From NCBI GenBank assembly GCA_036383895.1, contig DASVNK010000030.1:116490-180489 (forward strand): a stretch of 64,000 nt of DNA, written 5' to 3'. The translations under genes and the position numbers were made by a program. The DNA is from Verrucomicrobiia bacterium. GTDB taxonomy: Bacteria > Verrucomicrobiota > Verrucomicrobiia > Limisphaerales > SXQI01. The stretch's first letter is position 1. The number at the start of each line of letters is the position of its first letter. Below are positions 33,343 to 41,381 of this stretch, piece by piece. The notes beneath the pieces were generated by a model. That model was not told where the DNA came from and made no database searches. It saw nothing but the letters and a program-made list of their open reading frames with translations.

Positions 33343-33579
33343 ATGCCACAACTGGTCGTCAGAAAAATCGGAGAAAATCTCGTCAGAAAGTTAAAAGCAC
33401 GGGCGGGACTCCACGGCGTATCCATGGAAGAAGAGCATCGGCGTATCCTGCGGGAGGCGCTTTTGGGGAAAACGTCGAGCCGGCCATCTTTCAAAGATTT
33501 TCTGCTTTCAATGCCCGATTCTGGTTCCGACAGCATTTTCAAGCGAGCCACGGACAGGGGCCGAAGAGTTGCCCTATGA
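33343..33579 (+). CDS. vapB: ribbon-helix-helix antitoxin (FitA/VapB-type)
   Basis: MPQLVVRKIGENLVRKLKARAGLHGVSMEEEHRRILREAL is the Arc/MetJ RHH N-terminus typical of FitA-like antitoxins. I used the ATG at 33343 rather than the track start at 33277. Its stop overlaps the toxin start (ATGA). Confidence 0.8.
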   Translation: MPQLVVRKIGENLVRKLKARAGLHGVSMEEEHRRILREALLGKTSSRPSFKDFLLSMPDSGSDSIFKRATDRGRRVAL

Positions 33580-34001
33580 AGGGGTATCTGCTGGACACAA
33601 ATGTCGTCAGCGAACTTCGAAAAGGCAGCCGTGCAGATTCCAATCTATTGGCCTGGTGGCAGGCCGTTGACGAGGAAGAACTATTCCTGAGCGTGTTGGT
33701 GCTCGGGGAGCTTAGAAGTGGCGTTGAAAGAATTAGACGGCGGGACCCTGCTCAGGCTCAAGCGTTAGAACGGTGGTTGGTGGATCTGGAAGACACCTAT
33801 GCTGACCGAATCTTTCCAATAACAGCAGCAATCGCTGATCGGTGGGGCAGGCTAAGCGCGGGTGACCCGCTGTCGGTCGTTGACAGCCTCATGGCAGCGA
33901 CTGCAATACAAAATAATCTTACTCTGGTGACTCGAAACACCGAGGACGTTCGACGGACTGGCGTGAATTTTCTGAACCCGTTCGAGAACGTCAGGACATA
34001 G
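33576..34001 (+). CDS. vapC: PIN-domain toxin (VapC/FitB-type ribonuclease)
   Basis: 141 aa. Acidic PIN residues are in the canonical places (LLDTNV, VLGELRSG, VVDSLMAATA, LVTRNTEDV). Confidence 0.85.
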   Translation: MKGYLLDTNVVSELRKGSRADSNLLAWWQAVDEEELFLSVLVLGELRSGVERIRRRDPAQAQALERWLVDLEDTYADRIFPITAAIADRWGRLSAGDPLSVVDSLMAATAIQNNLTLVTRNTEDVRRTGVNFLNPFENVRT

Positions 34002-34059
34002 CTGAAGCAGTTCCACGCCTCAGGCAGGCGCACTTCTTTTGGCTGGACCGCTCGAATTC

Positions 34060-34782
34060 TTATCCGCTCAACCGCACAAACCCCGCCGCAATCTTATATT
34101 GTTTGCCGTGCCACGGCGGTGTGAGGCTGATGCACACATAGGTTGGGCCGCCCAGGGAAATATCCACACTCAAAGGTTCTTCGCCGTGTAGCGGAATGTC
34201 CGGATAACAATCGGTCTGCAAGAGTGGATCAGTCACCGTGAACTCGTGGAACAAGCGCCGATACTTCAGTGAAATGCGCCGATGCTGTTTATCAATCCTG
34301 CTGCCGGACTCGTTCAGATTTTTGTCCGTCCATGCGCGGACGGGGCCGACCACTTCGGGCTCGATGAAATACAACGACGCGGGCTCACCCATCGTTTCGA
34401 CGTAACCGGCCTCTACATCGCGCTTGTGTGTTCCCCAAAGCTGCAGCGGATGATCCAACAATTTGGGAATCTCCTCCATCGGCAAAGTCCCGCGATCCCG
34501 CCATGGCGCTCGACGCACCATCAGCCAATTCTCGGGTTGGTCGGGCAACGGCACGATTCCCTCCAGCGGCACATCGATTATATCCAGCAATTGCGGCTCA
34601 CGCCCCAACTGTTCCAACATCCACGAAACCAAAACTTCGCCGCCCTCCTCCGAGCCAACCACCCGAATCCAACTGCCCAACTCGATCTCGCCCCGCTTCG
34701 AAATAATCTCCTTACCCGCCAGGCAGCGCCCCGAGTTCTTCACACTATTTGCCAGCACCACGATGCGCTTAATGACAGCCAT
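34060..34782 (-). CDS. conserved hypothetical protein (N-terminal LANSxKxxGRCxAGKE motif)
   Basis: 240-aa ORF with no overlapping alternative. The N-terminus RIVVLANSVKNSGRCLAGKEI...WIRVV...LLDIIDVPL looks like a widespread uncharacterised bacterial family. I believe it is catalogued as a dual-OB-fold domain, but this is not verifiable here. Confidence 0.55.
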   Translation of the reverse strand: MAVIKRIVVLANSVKNSGRCLAGKEIISKRGEIELGSWIRVVGSEEGGEVLVSWMLEQLGREPQLLDIIDVPLEGIVPLPDQPENWLMVRRAPWRDRGTLPMEEIPKLLDHPLQLWGTHKRDVEAGYVETMGEPASLYFIEPEVVGPVRAWTDKNLNESGSRIDKQHRRISLKYRRLFHEFTVTDPLLQTDCYPDIPLHGEEPLSVDISLGGPTYVCISLTPPWHGKQYKIAAGFVRLSG

Positions 34783-34878
34783 GCGCTTCTATAAGCATCG
34801 GTGCTTTCGAGTGTATCTTTCAGTGGTGGCCGGGCGAATTCTTTTTGTCTTCTGTTTTTCACCCGTTAAGCTCCGGCC

Positions 34879-35562
34879 ATGTCTGAGCGGAAGGCGCAGA
34901 TCAAACGCGCCACCAGGGAAACGCAGATCGAAGTAAAGTTGGATATTGACGGCACCGGTAAGTCGTCGATCTCCACTGGCATTCCGTTCTTCGATCACAT
35001 GCTTACCTTGTTCGCGAAACATTCGGTGGTGAACCTCACGCTGAAATGCAAAGGCGATCTGGAGATCGACGCGCATCACACGGTCGAAGATTGCGGCATC
35101 GCGCTCGGGCAGGCTTTTCGGCAAGCGCTCGGCGAAAAAACAGGAATTCGGCGTTACGGAACAGGCTTTAACGCTAACGGAACCGGCAGTGCGTCAACCT
35201 CACGCCTAAAAGCCGAAGCATTCGTTCCGATGGACGAAACGCTTGCTCGCTGTGTCATTGATTTTTCGGGGCGGCCTTATCTGGTTTGGCGAGGATTGGA
35301 TAAACTTGCATATAAGCAACTTACATCCAAAGAGAAGGCGCAGGATATGTCGTCGGCGTTTCGATTTGGGTTAGCACGGGAGTTTTTTCAGGGGTTTACG
35401 AACGAAGCGCGTTGTAATCTGCACTTGGAATTGCTGTATGGAGATGAACCGCACCATGTTGTAGAAGCGTTGTTCAAGGCTTTTGCCAAGGCCACGGACT
35501 TTGCCTGCCAGCGTGACCCTCGCATCGCCGGCCAGATTCCCTCCACCAAAGGAAAGCTGTAG
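34879..35562 (+). CDS. hisB: imidazoleglycerol-phosphate dehydratase
   Basis: RATRETQIEVKLDIDGTG, GIPFFDHMLTLFAKH, IDAHHTVEDCGIALGQA, EPHHVVEALFKAFA and IPSTKGKL are the IGPD metal-binding and signature motifs. At 227 aa it is longer than usual because of two insertions. Confidence 0.9.
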   Translation: MSERKAQIKRATRETQIEVKLDIDGTGKSSISTGIPFFDHMLTLFAKHSVVNLTLKCKGDLEIDAHHTVEDCGIALGQAFRQALGEKTGIRRYGTGFNANGTGSASTSRLKAEAFVPMDETLARCVIDFSGRPYLVWRGLDKLAYKQLTSKEKAQDMSSAFRFGLAREFFQGFTNEARCNLHLELLYGDEPHHVVEALFKAFAKATDFACQRDPRIAGQIPSTKGKL

Positions 35563-35610
35563 AATCTATCCACACTCCTGAATAGACCTGCCCTAAACCC
35601 CGTCAATCCA

Positions 35611-36216
35611 ATGACGAGCAAACTGAACTATTCGACAGCCAAAGACGAAGAGCTCGTAAAGTCGGCGCAAAGCGGCGACATGGCTGCATTCGAAGAGCTG
35701 GTGGCGCGTCATCGCGACAAGATCTATGCGCGGGCATTTAGCATGCTGCGCAATGAAGAAGAAGCGACTGATCTTTCTCAGGAAGCATGGGTGAAGGGTT
35801 GGCAGCGACTCGTCCAATTCCAGGGCGACTCGAGTTTTGCCACGTGGATGACGCGGATTGTCATCAACCTTTGCCTGGATCAACTGCGCAAGAACAAGCG
35901 CGTTCGTTCGGAGTCGATCGATGAGATGAACGAAGACACGGGCGGGGTGGAACGGCAATTGCCGGTCATTACACCGAACCCGACCGAAGGACTGGAACGG
36001 AGCGAGCTTAGGGCGCGCATCGATAAAGCGCTCGGGCAGTTATCCTATGAGCACCGCACCGTGCTCGTGCTACATGAATTTGAAGATTTGGAATACAAAC
36101 TGATCGCCAAGAAGATGGGATGTTCGATCGGCACCGTAATGTCCCGTTTGTTCTACGCGCGGCGGAAAATGGCATCGCTGCTCGCAGGACTAAAGCGAGA
36201 GGAATTGGAAAAATGA
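35611..36216 (+). CDS. ECF (group IV) RNA polymerase sigma factor
   Basis: Region 2 (FEELVARHRDKIYARAFSMLRNEEEATDLSQEAWVKGW) and region 4 (YEHRTVLVLHEFEDLEYKLIAKKMGCSIGTVMSRLFYARRKM) are present. Confidence 0.9.
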   Translation: MTSKLNYSTAKDEELVKSAQSGDMAAFEELVARHRDKIYARAFSMLRNEEEATDLSQEAWVKGWQRLVQFQGDSSFATWMTRIVINLCLDQLRKNKRVRSESIDEMNEDTGGVERQLPVITPNPTEGLERSELRARIDKALGQLSYEHRTVLVLHEFEDLEYKLIAKKMGCSIGTVMSRLFYARRKMASLLAGLKREELEK

Positions 36217-36683
36217 ACAGAGAGACGCAACTACAGGTCCAGGCTTACCTCGACAACGAGTTAAGCGCTGGCGAAGCGCGCAAAGTGAGCCAGCTCATCA
36301 GCTCGGACACATTTGCTCGCGACTTATTTAACGAACTGAAGGGCACCCGCGAAGTTCTGATGGAGAACGAACCGGCGGTGCAGGTTCCCGATTCGCGCGA
36401 TTTTTATTGGTCGCAGATCCAGCGGCGGATCGCCACCGCGGAACGGGAGCCGGCAGTGAAGCATGCGCGGCCGTGGTGGATTCGCCTGCTCGCTCCAGCG
36501 GCGGGCGCGGTTGCTTTGTTCGCGGTTCTTTTGAGCGTGATGAGCCCGAGCAATGAAAAGATCAACATCTCGGGCGCGATCGCTGCCACGCCGCATCAAT
36601 TGGAGCAGCCTTCGGATGTTTCAACCATCACCTTCCGTTCGGAAAGCGAAGGGGTAAACGTAGTCTGGATTACTAGCGAGTAA
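36213..36683 (+). CDS. anti-sigma factor (single-pass membrane)
   Basis: ATGA overlap with the sigma gene. N-terminal anti-sigma helix bundle pattern (LQVQAYLDNELSAGEARKVSQLI). TM segment WWIRLLAPAAGAVALFAVLLSVM. I used the ATG at 36213 instead of the track start at 36120. Confidence 0.7.
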   Translation: MNRETQLQVQAYLDNELSAGEARKVSQLISSDTFARDLFNELKGTREVLMENEPAVQVPDSRDFYWSQIQRRIATAEREPAVKHARPWWIRLLAPAAGAVALFAVLLSVMSPSNEKINISGAIAATPHQLEQPSDVSTITFRSESEGVNVVWITSE

Positions 36684-36705
36684 CCTATAGAGTCGCGCCG
36701 CTGTC

Positions 36706-37155
36706 ATGCATATGATGTCCAACGTTCTTCGACCGTTCTTAATCGCTCTTTTTGCCTTGGCAGCTCTCGTGCAGAGCCACGGCGGAGACCAGAAGTTTGC
36801 CGCGATGCTCATCTGGGGCACTGACGGCGAAAAGCCGGCAGGCAAAGAAAAAGAACTGAAGGACGTCGATCCGGCGCTGAAGGAAAAGTTCGGCAAGATC
36901 TTCAAATGGAAAAACTATTTCGAAGTCAACCGCACCAATGTCACCGTTAAGCCGACTGAGCCCCGCGAAATCGAGCTCAGCAGCAAGTGCAAGGTGAAGA
37001 TCCACCACACGGACAAAGGCACTGAAATTGAGTTGATCGGCGACGGCAAGAGCGTGTCCAAACAAACCATCACAATGCCCATAAAAGATATTCAAGTCAT
37101 TGCCGGGCCGGACAAAAACGCGACTGCGTGGTTTGTTGTTCTGAAACCAGAGTAG
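36706..37155 (+). CDS. small secreted protein, unknown function
   Basis: 149 aa. Signal peptide (LRPFLIALFALAALVQSHG), lysine-rich mature part. Follows the sigma/anti-sigma pair on the same strand. Confidence 0.5.
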   Translation: MHMMSNVLRPFLIALFALAALVQSHGGDQKFAAMLIWGTDGEKPAGKEKELKDVDPALKEKFGKIFKWKNYFEVNRTNVTVKPTEPREIELSSKCKVKIHHTDKGTEIELIGDGKSVSKQTITMPIKDIQVIAGPDKNATAWFVVLKPE

Positions 37156-37217
37156 TCCCGAAGGGCTGGGGAGATTGCCCGGCTAGATAACGTTTGGTGT
37201 TCTCCCGTTCCTGCTGG

Positions 37218-38789
37218 TTAGAACAACACATCCATCTGGATGCGTTCCAGCAGTGTTCCTTCGGTGTAATAAAGCCGGGAAAGCGCTGTGTTGTAATCGC
37301 GCCTGGCGGCGGCTTCAGCAATCCGCGCATTGGCCACGTTCTCTTGCGCTTCGAAAACGAGTTGCAGCAAACCTGCGCCGCGCGCTTGGCGCACTTCCTC
37401 AACGTCGGCCGCATCGGCCGTGTATCGCACCGCCTCGCGAGCTGCCTCGACGCGATCGAAACTGAATCGCGCCTGGTCGACCGCATCCGCGATCTCCCGC
37501 AAAATCATTTCTTCCTTCTGTTTCACGAGCAGGTCGGCTTGTTTCTTTAGCTCTTTGCCGGAACGATAATTCGCTCGTTCCGCCCGGAAGCCGAGCGGCA
37601 GGGAGAATAAAATGCCAACGGCGCTGTTTGGCGCGGCTCGATCTTCGATCTGCTCCAACGCGAGTGAAAGGTCCGCCTCTGGTTGTATCGTCGGAAATGC
37701 CCGAATGGAATCCGCGCCTTTCAATTTGTAAGAGCCAAAAAGATTCAGCGAAGGCAGAAGCTGATTGCGATAATATTTTAGCGTCAGATCGGCAGTCTCG
37801 ACGTTAACCGCTAGTTGGAGCAGGTCGGGTCGTTGTCGCAATCCGACGCGCCAACTTTCGGATACATTGAACGTCTGCGGAATCGTCAGGAGCGCGTCCG
37901 ATGCTTCCAGCGGCACCTGCGTCCAATTCTCCGGCGCTACGCCCATCAATGTGCGTAAGTTGTTGCTCGCGGTCGCCACCTGGTTACTCGCCAGCACCAG
38001 GTTGTGTTGCGCTTCGGCCATTTCCGCCAACGCCCACTTTTCTTCCACGGTGGTTCCCATGCCGAAGCGCACCCGCTGCTGCGTGCTGCGGAGCAAATCC
38101 TGCCGGGTGCTCGCCAGGCTTTGGAGCGCCCGCAGGTTCTCCCACGCATACGCTAAATCGTAGTAAGCGACCTGGGTCTGGTGAATCACCGTCATCGCGA
38201 TGAAGTGCACGCCCAGCTCCGTCACTTTCAGGTTTTGTTTATTGACCTTGATCTGCCAGCGCGGCAGGTCGATCCAGAAGTTTCTCAGCAGGGGCTGCTC
38301 CGCGTAAAACCCGGCATCCACTTTGTAAGAATCAAAGTTCAGAAAATCCCGCGTTCCCGAACTATGCACGTAGCGGCCGTCTAACCTGTAGTTCAACCCG
38401 CTCGGGAGAAATCCGCTGACGTCCGCCGACACCAGGTCCAGATCGGCCTGGTAAGGCGAATCCACTGCGGGATTCAATGGGTCGAACCCGCCCGGGTCAC
38501 TGGATTCCTCGCGGGAATATCGAGTGGTGAAGAGCGGATCGTAATAGGCGCCGGCCAAACTCACTCGATTTTGCGCGACTTCCTGCGAAATGCGTTCGAC
38601 TTGCAACGTCCGGTTCTGCAACAGCGCGTTATCCAGCGCTTCACGCATCGAGATGGCCCCGCCCTGGCCAAGGTTCTGCGCGCGTATCGCGATCGCTCCA
38701 AAGGACAGGAGCAACACCGACCTTAAGCAACAGCGCAAACCTGCGCGAACACACTGCGAACGTTTCATTGGCTTGGTTTTCCGCGGCAT
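37218..38789 (-). CDS. TolC-like outer-membrane efflux protein (OEP family)
   Basis: Start taken at the ATG at 38789 (MPRKTKPMKRSQ...LLLSFGAIAIRAQ, a signal peptide). Two OEP repeats with typical coiled-coil heptads (ALDNALLQNRTLQ.., RQDLLRSTQQRV.., YRSGKELKKQADLLVKQKEE..). The 667-aa track ORF extends into the SxtJ-like gene and is rejected. Confidence 0.8.
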   Translation of the reverse strand: MPRKTKPMKRSQCVRAGLRCCLRSVLLLSFGAIAIRAQNLGQGGAISMREALDNALLQNRTLQVERISQEVAQNRVSLAGAYYDPLFTTRYSREESSDPGGFDPLNPAVDSPYQADLDLVSADVSGFLPSGLNYRLDGRYVHSSGTRDFLNFDSYKVDAGFYAEQPLLRNFWIDLPRWQIKVNKQNLKVTELGVHFIAMTVIHQTQVAYYDLAYAWENLRALQSLASTRQDLLRSTQQRVRFGMGTTVEEKWALAEMAEAQHNLVLASNQVATASNNLRTLMGVAPENWTQVPLEASDALLTIPQTFNVSESWRVGLRQRPDLLQLAVNVETADLTLKYYRNQLLPSLNLFGSYKLKGADSIRAFPTIQPEADLSLALEQIEDRAAPNSAVGILFSLPLGFRAERANYRSGKELKKQADLLVKQKEEMILREIADAVDQARFSFDRVEAAREAVRYTADAADVEEVRQARGAGLLQLVFEAQENVANARIAEAAARRDYNTALSRLYYTEGTLLERIQMDVLF

Positions 38790-38872
38790 GTCGTACTGCT
38801 CATGCGCTGTGGGCACAGTGTTAAACGAAGTGAAACGAAATCGCCAGCAGTGAATCACGCCGAACGCACCAT

Positions 38873-39277
38873 TTAAAACTGCTGCTCCAGTTTCCCGCGC
38901 TTGCGCGCCGGTTTCCAAAAGGTCTGAAGGCCAGGCGGTATGCGGATTTCGAGCAGATCTTTTCCAATCACTCGCAAGAACAATCCAAGGGGTGTCACCA
39001 CCAGCAAATAGAAAATCGTCAGAATCACTTTTCCGACAACTTGCCCAATGTGGAACGATACGGTCATCGCCCCGCGATAGAACCCACGAAACATCTCGGG
39101 GTTGAGCACTGCCAGCACCACGCCTATCGTCGCAACGCTCACCGCCATGCTGTAGCCGCGCGCATCGATCCACTTTTTCCAGAATGCGATTCCGCCTAGC
39201 ACCAGCAGCATCGCGCAGCACAACAGCGCGAAATTACGCCACTCTTTTGGATCTTCCTTCAGCCGCGGTTTCATCAT
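38873..39277 (-). CDS. SxtJ-like small membrane protein
   Basis: 134 aa with three hydrophobic spans. The start overlaps the carbamoyltransferase stop by 1 nt (TGATG). Position and size match the SxtJ family found next to NodU/CmcH carbamoyltransferases (from memory). Confidence 0.55.
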   Translation of the reverse strand: MMKPRLKEDPKEWRNFALLCCAMLLVLGGIAFWKKWIDARGYSMAVSVATIGVVLAVLNPEMFRGFYRGAMTVSFHIGQVVGKVILTIFYLLVVTPLGLFLRVIGKDLLEIRIPPGLQTFWKPARKRGKLEQQF

Positions 39278-41091
39278 CAGTCCAGCACCTTTCGCGTGGA
39301 AAATTTATGCGGTGGTTGCTTTGTTCGTTCCAAAATGAAATTCCCAATCGCCAGGTAATCCATCTCGGTTTGCAGGAAGCAGCGATACGCGTCCTCCGGC
39401 GTGCAAACAATGGGCTCGCCTCGAATATTGAAAGACGTATTCACCAGCAGCGGACAACCGGTGAGCCTCTCGAATGCGCTAATTAAATTGTGGAACTTCG
39501 CATTCTCCTCGCGGCGGACCGTTTGAACCCGCGCCGAATAATCGACATGGGTCACTGCGGGAATTTTCGATCGAACCACCTTCAGCCGCTCGAACCCGCT
39601 TCGCTCCTCGCTCACGTTTGTTCTTTGGCTTTCCTTCACCGGGGCGACCAACAACATATAGGGCGAATCCGAATTCAATTCGAAGTAGTCACTCACCCGC
39701 TCGCGCAAGACCGCAGGGGCAAACGGCCGAAACGATTCCCGCTGCTTCACTTTTAAGTTCAGAACGCGCTGCATTTCCACCGAACGCGGATCACCCAGGA
39801 TCGATCTGTTCCCCAGAGCGCGTGGCCCGAATTCCATTCGTCCCTGCACCCAGCCGACAACTTTTCCGTTCGCCAGAAGCTCTGCCGTCTTCGCAATCAC
39901 TTCTTCTTCACTGCACCGCACGAACACCGCGGAATAATTTTCCAACGTCCTTAAAATCTCCGCCTCACTGAACTCCGGGCCCAGCAGCGAAGCTTTCATT
40001 CGATCGCCCGTTGTCGGCGCGACGCGCGGTTCGCCTTTGACTTGCAGGTGCCGATGCCATGCAGCTAATGCCGCGCCCAGGGCCCCCCCCGCATCGCCCG
40101 CCGCTGGCTGCACCCAGATGCGCTCAAAAATCCCTTCCCGCAAAATCTTACCGTTCGCCACGCAATTCAGCGCCACCCCGCCCGCCATGCATAAATTCCT
40201 GCTGCCAGTTACTTCCTTCGCTCGGCGCGCCAGCCGCAAGATCATCTCCTCCGTCACCTCCTGGATCGACCGCGCCACGTCGAAATGCGTCTGATCGAAC
40301 GCTCCTTCCGGCTCCCGAGACGGCCCGTCGAAAAGCGCGTCGAACTTCTCGTTCGTCATCCTTCGTCCCAGCAGAAAATCAAAATACTCCAGGTTCAGCC
40401 GAAAAGACCCATCCTCCTTCAACACCAGCAACTCATCGCGAATTTTGTCGGCGAATCTCGGTTCACCGTACGGCGCCAACCCCATCAACTTGTACTCGCC
40501 CGAATTCACCCGGAACCCGCAATACACCGTGAATGCCGAGTAGAGCAGCCCAAGCGAGTGCGGAAAATTCAGTTCTGCAATCGGCTCAATCTCATTCCCG
40601 ATCCCACGCGAAATCGTCGTCGTCGCATATTCACCAACTCCGTCCACCGTCAAAATCGCAGCCTCTTCGAACGTACTCGGAAAAAACGCGCTCGCCGCGT
40701 GCGCTTCATGATGGCCGCTGAACAGGACCGGCACCGCCTTTGGTAAATTTAATTCGCGCTGAATCGTGCCGCGCATGTTCAACTTCTCCGCCAGCCACCC
40801 CGGCATGCTCCCCACGAACGAACGGAACCCCCGCGGCGCAATCGAAAGAAACGTCTCGAGCGCCCTCGAAAATTTCAGAATTGGTTTCTCATAAAAAACC
40901 ACCGCATCCAAATCCCCAACCCCAATTTTCCCTTCCGCCAAACAATACTTAATCGCATTGGTCGGAAATGATTCATCATTCTTCTTCCGCGTGAATCGCT
41001 CTTCCTGTGCCGCCGCCACGATATCCCCGTCGCGCAGCAACACCGCCGCCGAATCATGGTAAAACGCCGAAATTCCGAGAAGATGGCGCAT
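39277..41091 (-). CDS. NodU/CmcH-family carbamoyltransferase
   Basis: 604 aa. N-terminus LGISAFYHDSAAVLLRDGDIVAAAQEERFTRKKND plus HHEAHAASAF, GGVALNCVANG and a C-terminal YrdC/Kae1-like half (VDYSARVQTV..LVNTSFNIRGEPIV) are diagnostic. Confidence 0.9.
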   Translation of the reverse strand: MRHLLGISAFYHDSAAVLLRDGDIVAAAQEERFTRKKNDESFPTNAIKYCLAEGKIGVGDLDAVVFYEKPILKFSRALETFLSIAPRGFRSFVGSMPGWLAEKLNMRGTIQRELNLPKAVPVLFSGHHEAHAASAFFPSTFEEAAILTVDGVGEYATTTISRGIGNEIEPIAELNFPHSLGLLYSAFTVYCGFRVNSGEYKLMGLAPYGEPRFADKIRDELLVLKEDGSFRLNLEYFDFLLGRRMTNEKFDALFDGPSREPEGAFDQTHFDVARSIQEVTEEMILRLARRAKEVTGSRNLCMAGGVALNCVANGKILREGIFERIWVQPAAGDAGGALGAALAAWHRHLQVKGEPRVAPTTGDRMKASLLGPEFSEAEILRTLENYSAVFVRCSEEEVIAKTAELLANGKVVGWVQGRMEFGPRALGNRSILGDPRSVEMQRVLNLKVKQRESFRPFAPAVLRERVSDYFELNSDSPYMLLVAPVKESQRTNVSEERSGFERLKVVRSKIPAVTHVDYSARVQTVRREENAKFHNLISAFERLTGCPLLVNTSFNIRGEPIVCTPEDAYRCFLQTEMDYLAIGNFILERTKQPPHKFSTRKVLD

Positions 41092-41094
41092 CGC

Positions 41095-41247
41095 TTAAAG
41101 AAACGGATACAGAAACGGCGCCAAAATCGACGAATTCGTGAAAACAATCACCGCCCCGATCGCCACCAGCAGCAGCACTAGTGGCAGCAGCCACCACTTT
41201 TTCTCCTGCCGCAAAAACAACAAAAACTCTTTCAACAACTGCCACAT
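41095..41247 (-). CDS. DUF5989/SxtK-like 50-aa membrane peptide (below the ORF-track cutoff)
   Basis: My own translation of the minus strand gives MWQLLKEFLLFLRQEKKWWLLPLVLLLVAIGAVIVFTNSSILAPFLYPFL*. The stop lies 3 nt before the carbamoyltransferase ATG. KKWWLLP plus one TM helix matches the small protein routinely found beside these carbamoyltransferases. Confidence 0.6.
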   Translation of the reverse strand: MWQLLKEFLLFLRQEKKWWLLPLVLLLVAIGAVIVFTNSSILAPFLYPFL

Positions 41248-41381
41248 GGCTGCGCGGCTACATAGCTTTATTCCCGGCGAAAATTCAATCGCTATCTAAA
41301 GGCGCGACAGGTTCATCTCCTTGACCGTGCTGTTCCGGCGCATAGATTCACCGCACTAAACTCGAAGCTTTCACGACCCCG

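Noticed and set aside
38790-39221. 144-codon N-terminal extension of the TolC-like ORF (the track gives 667 aa)
   Set aside because: The extension overlaps the SxtJ-like gene in another frame. A proper signal peptide follows the internal ATG at 38789.
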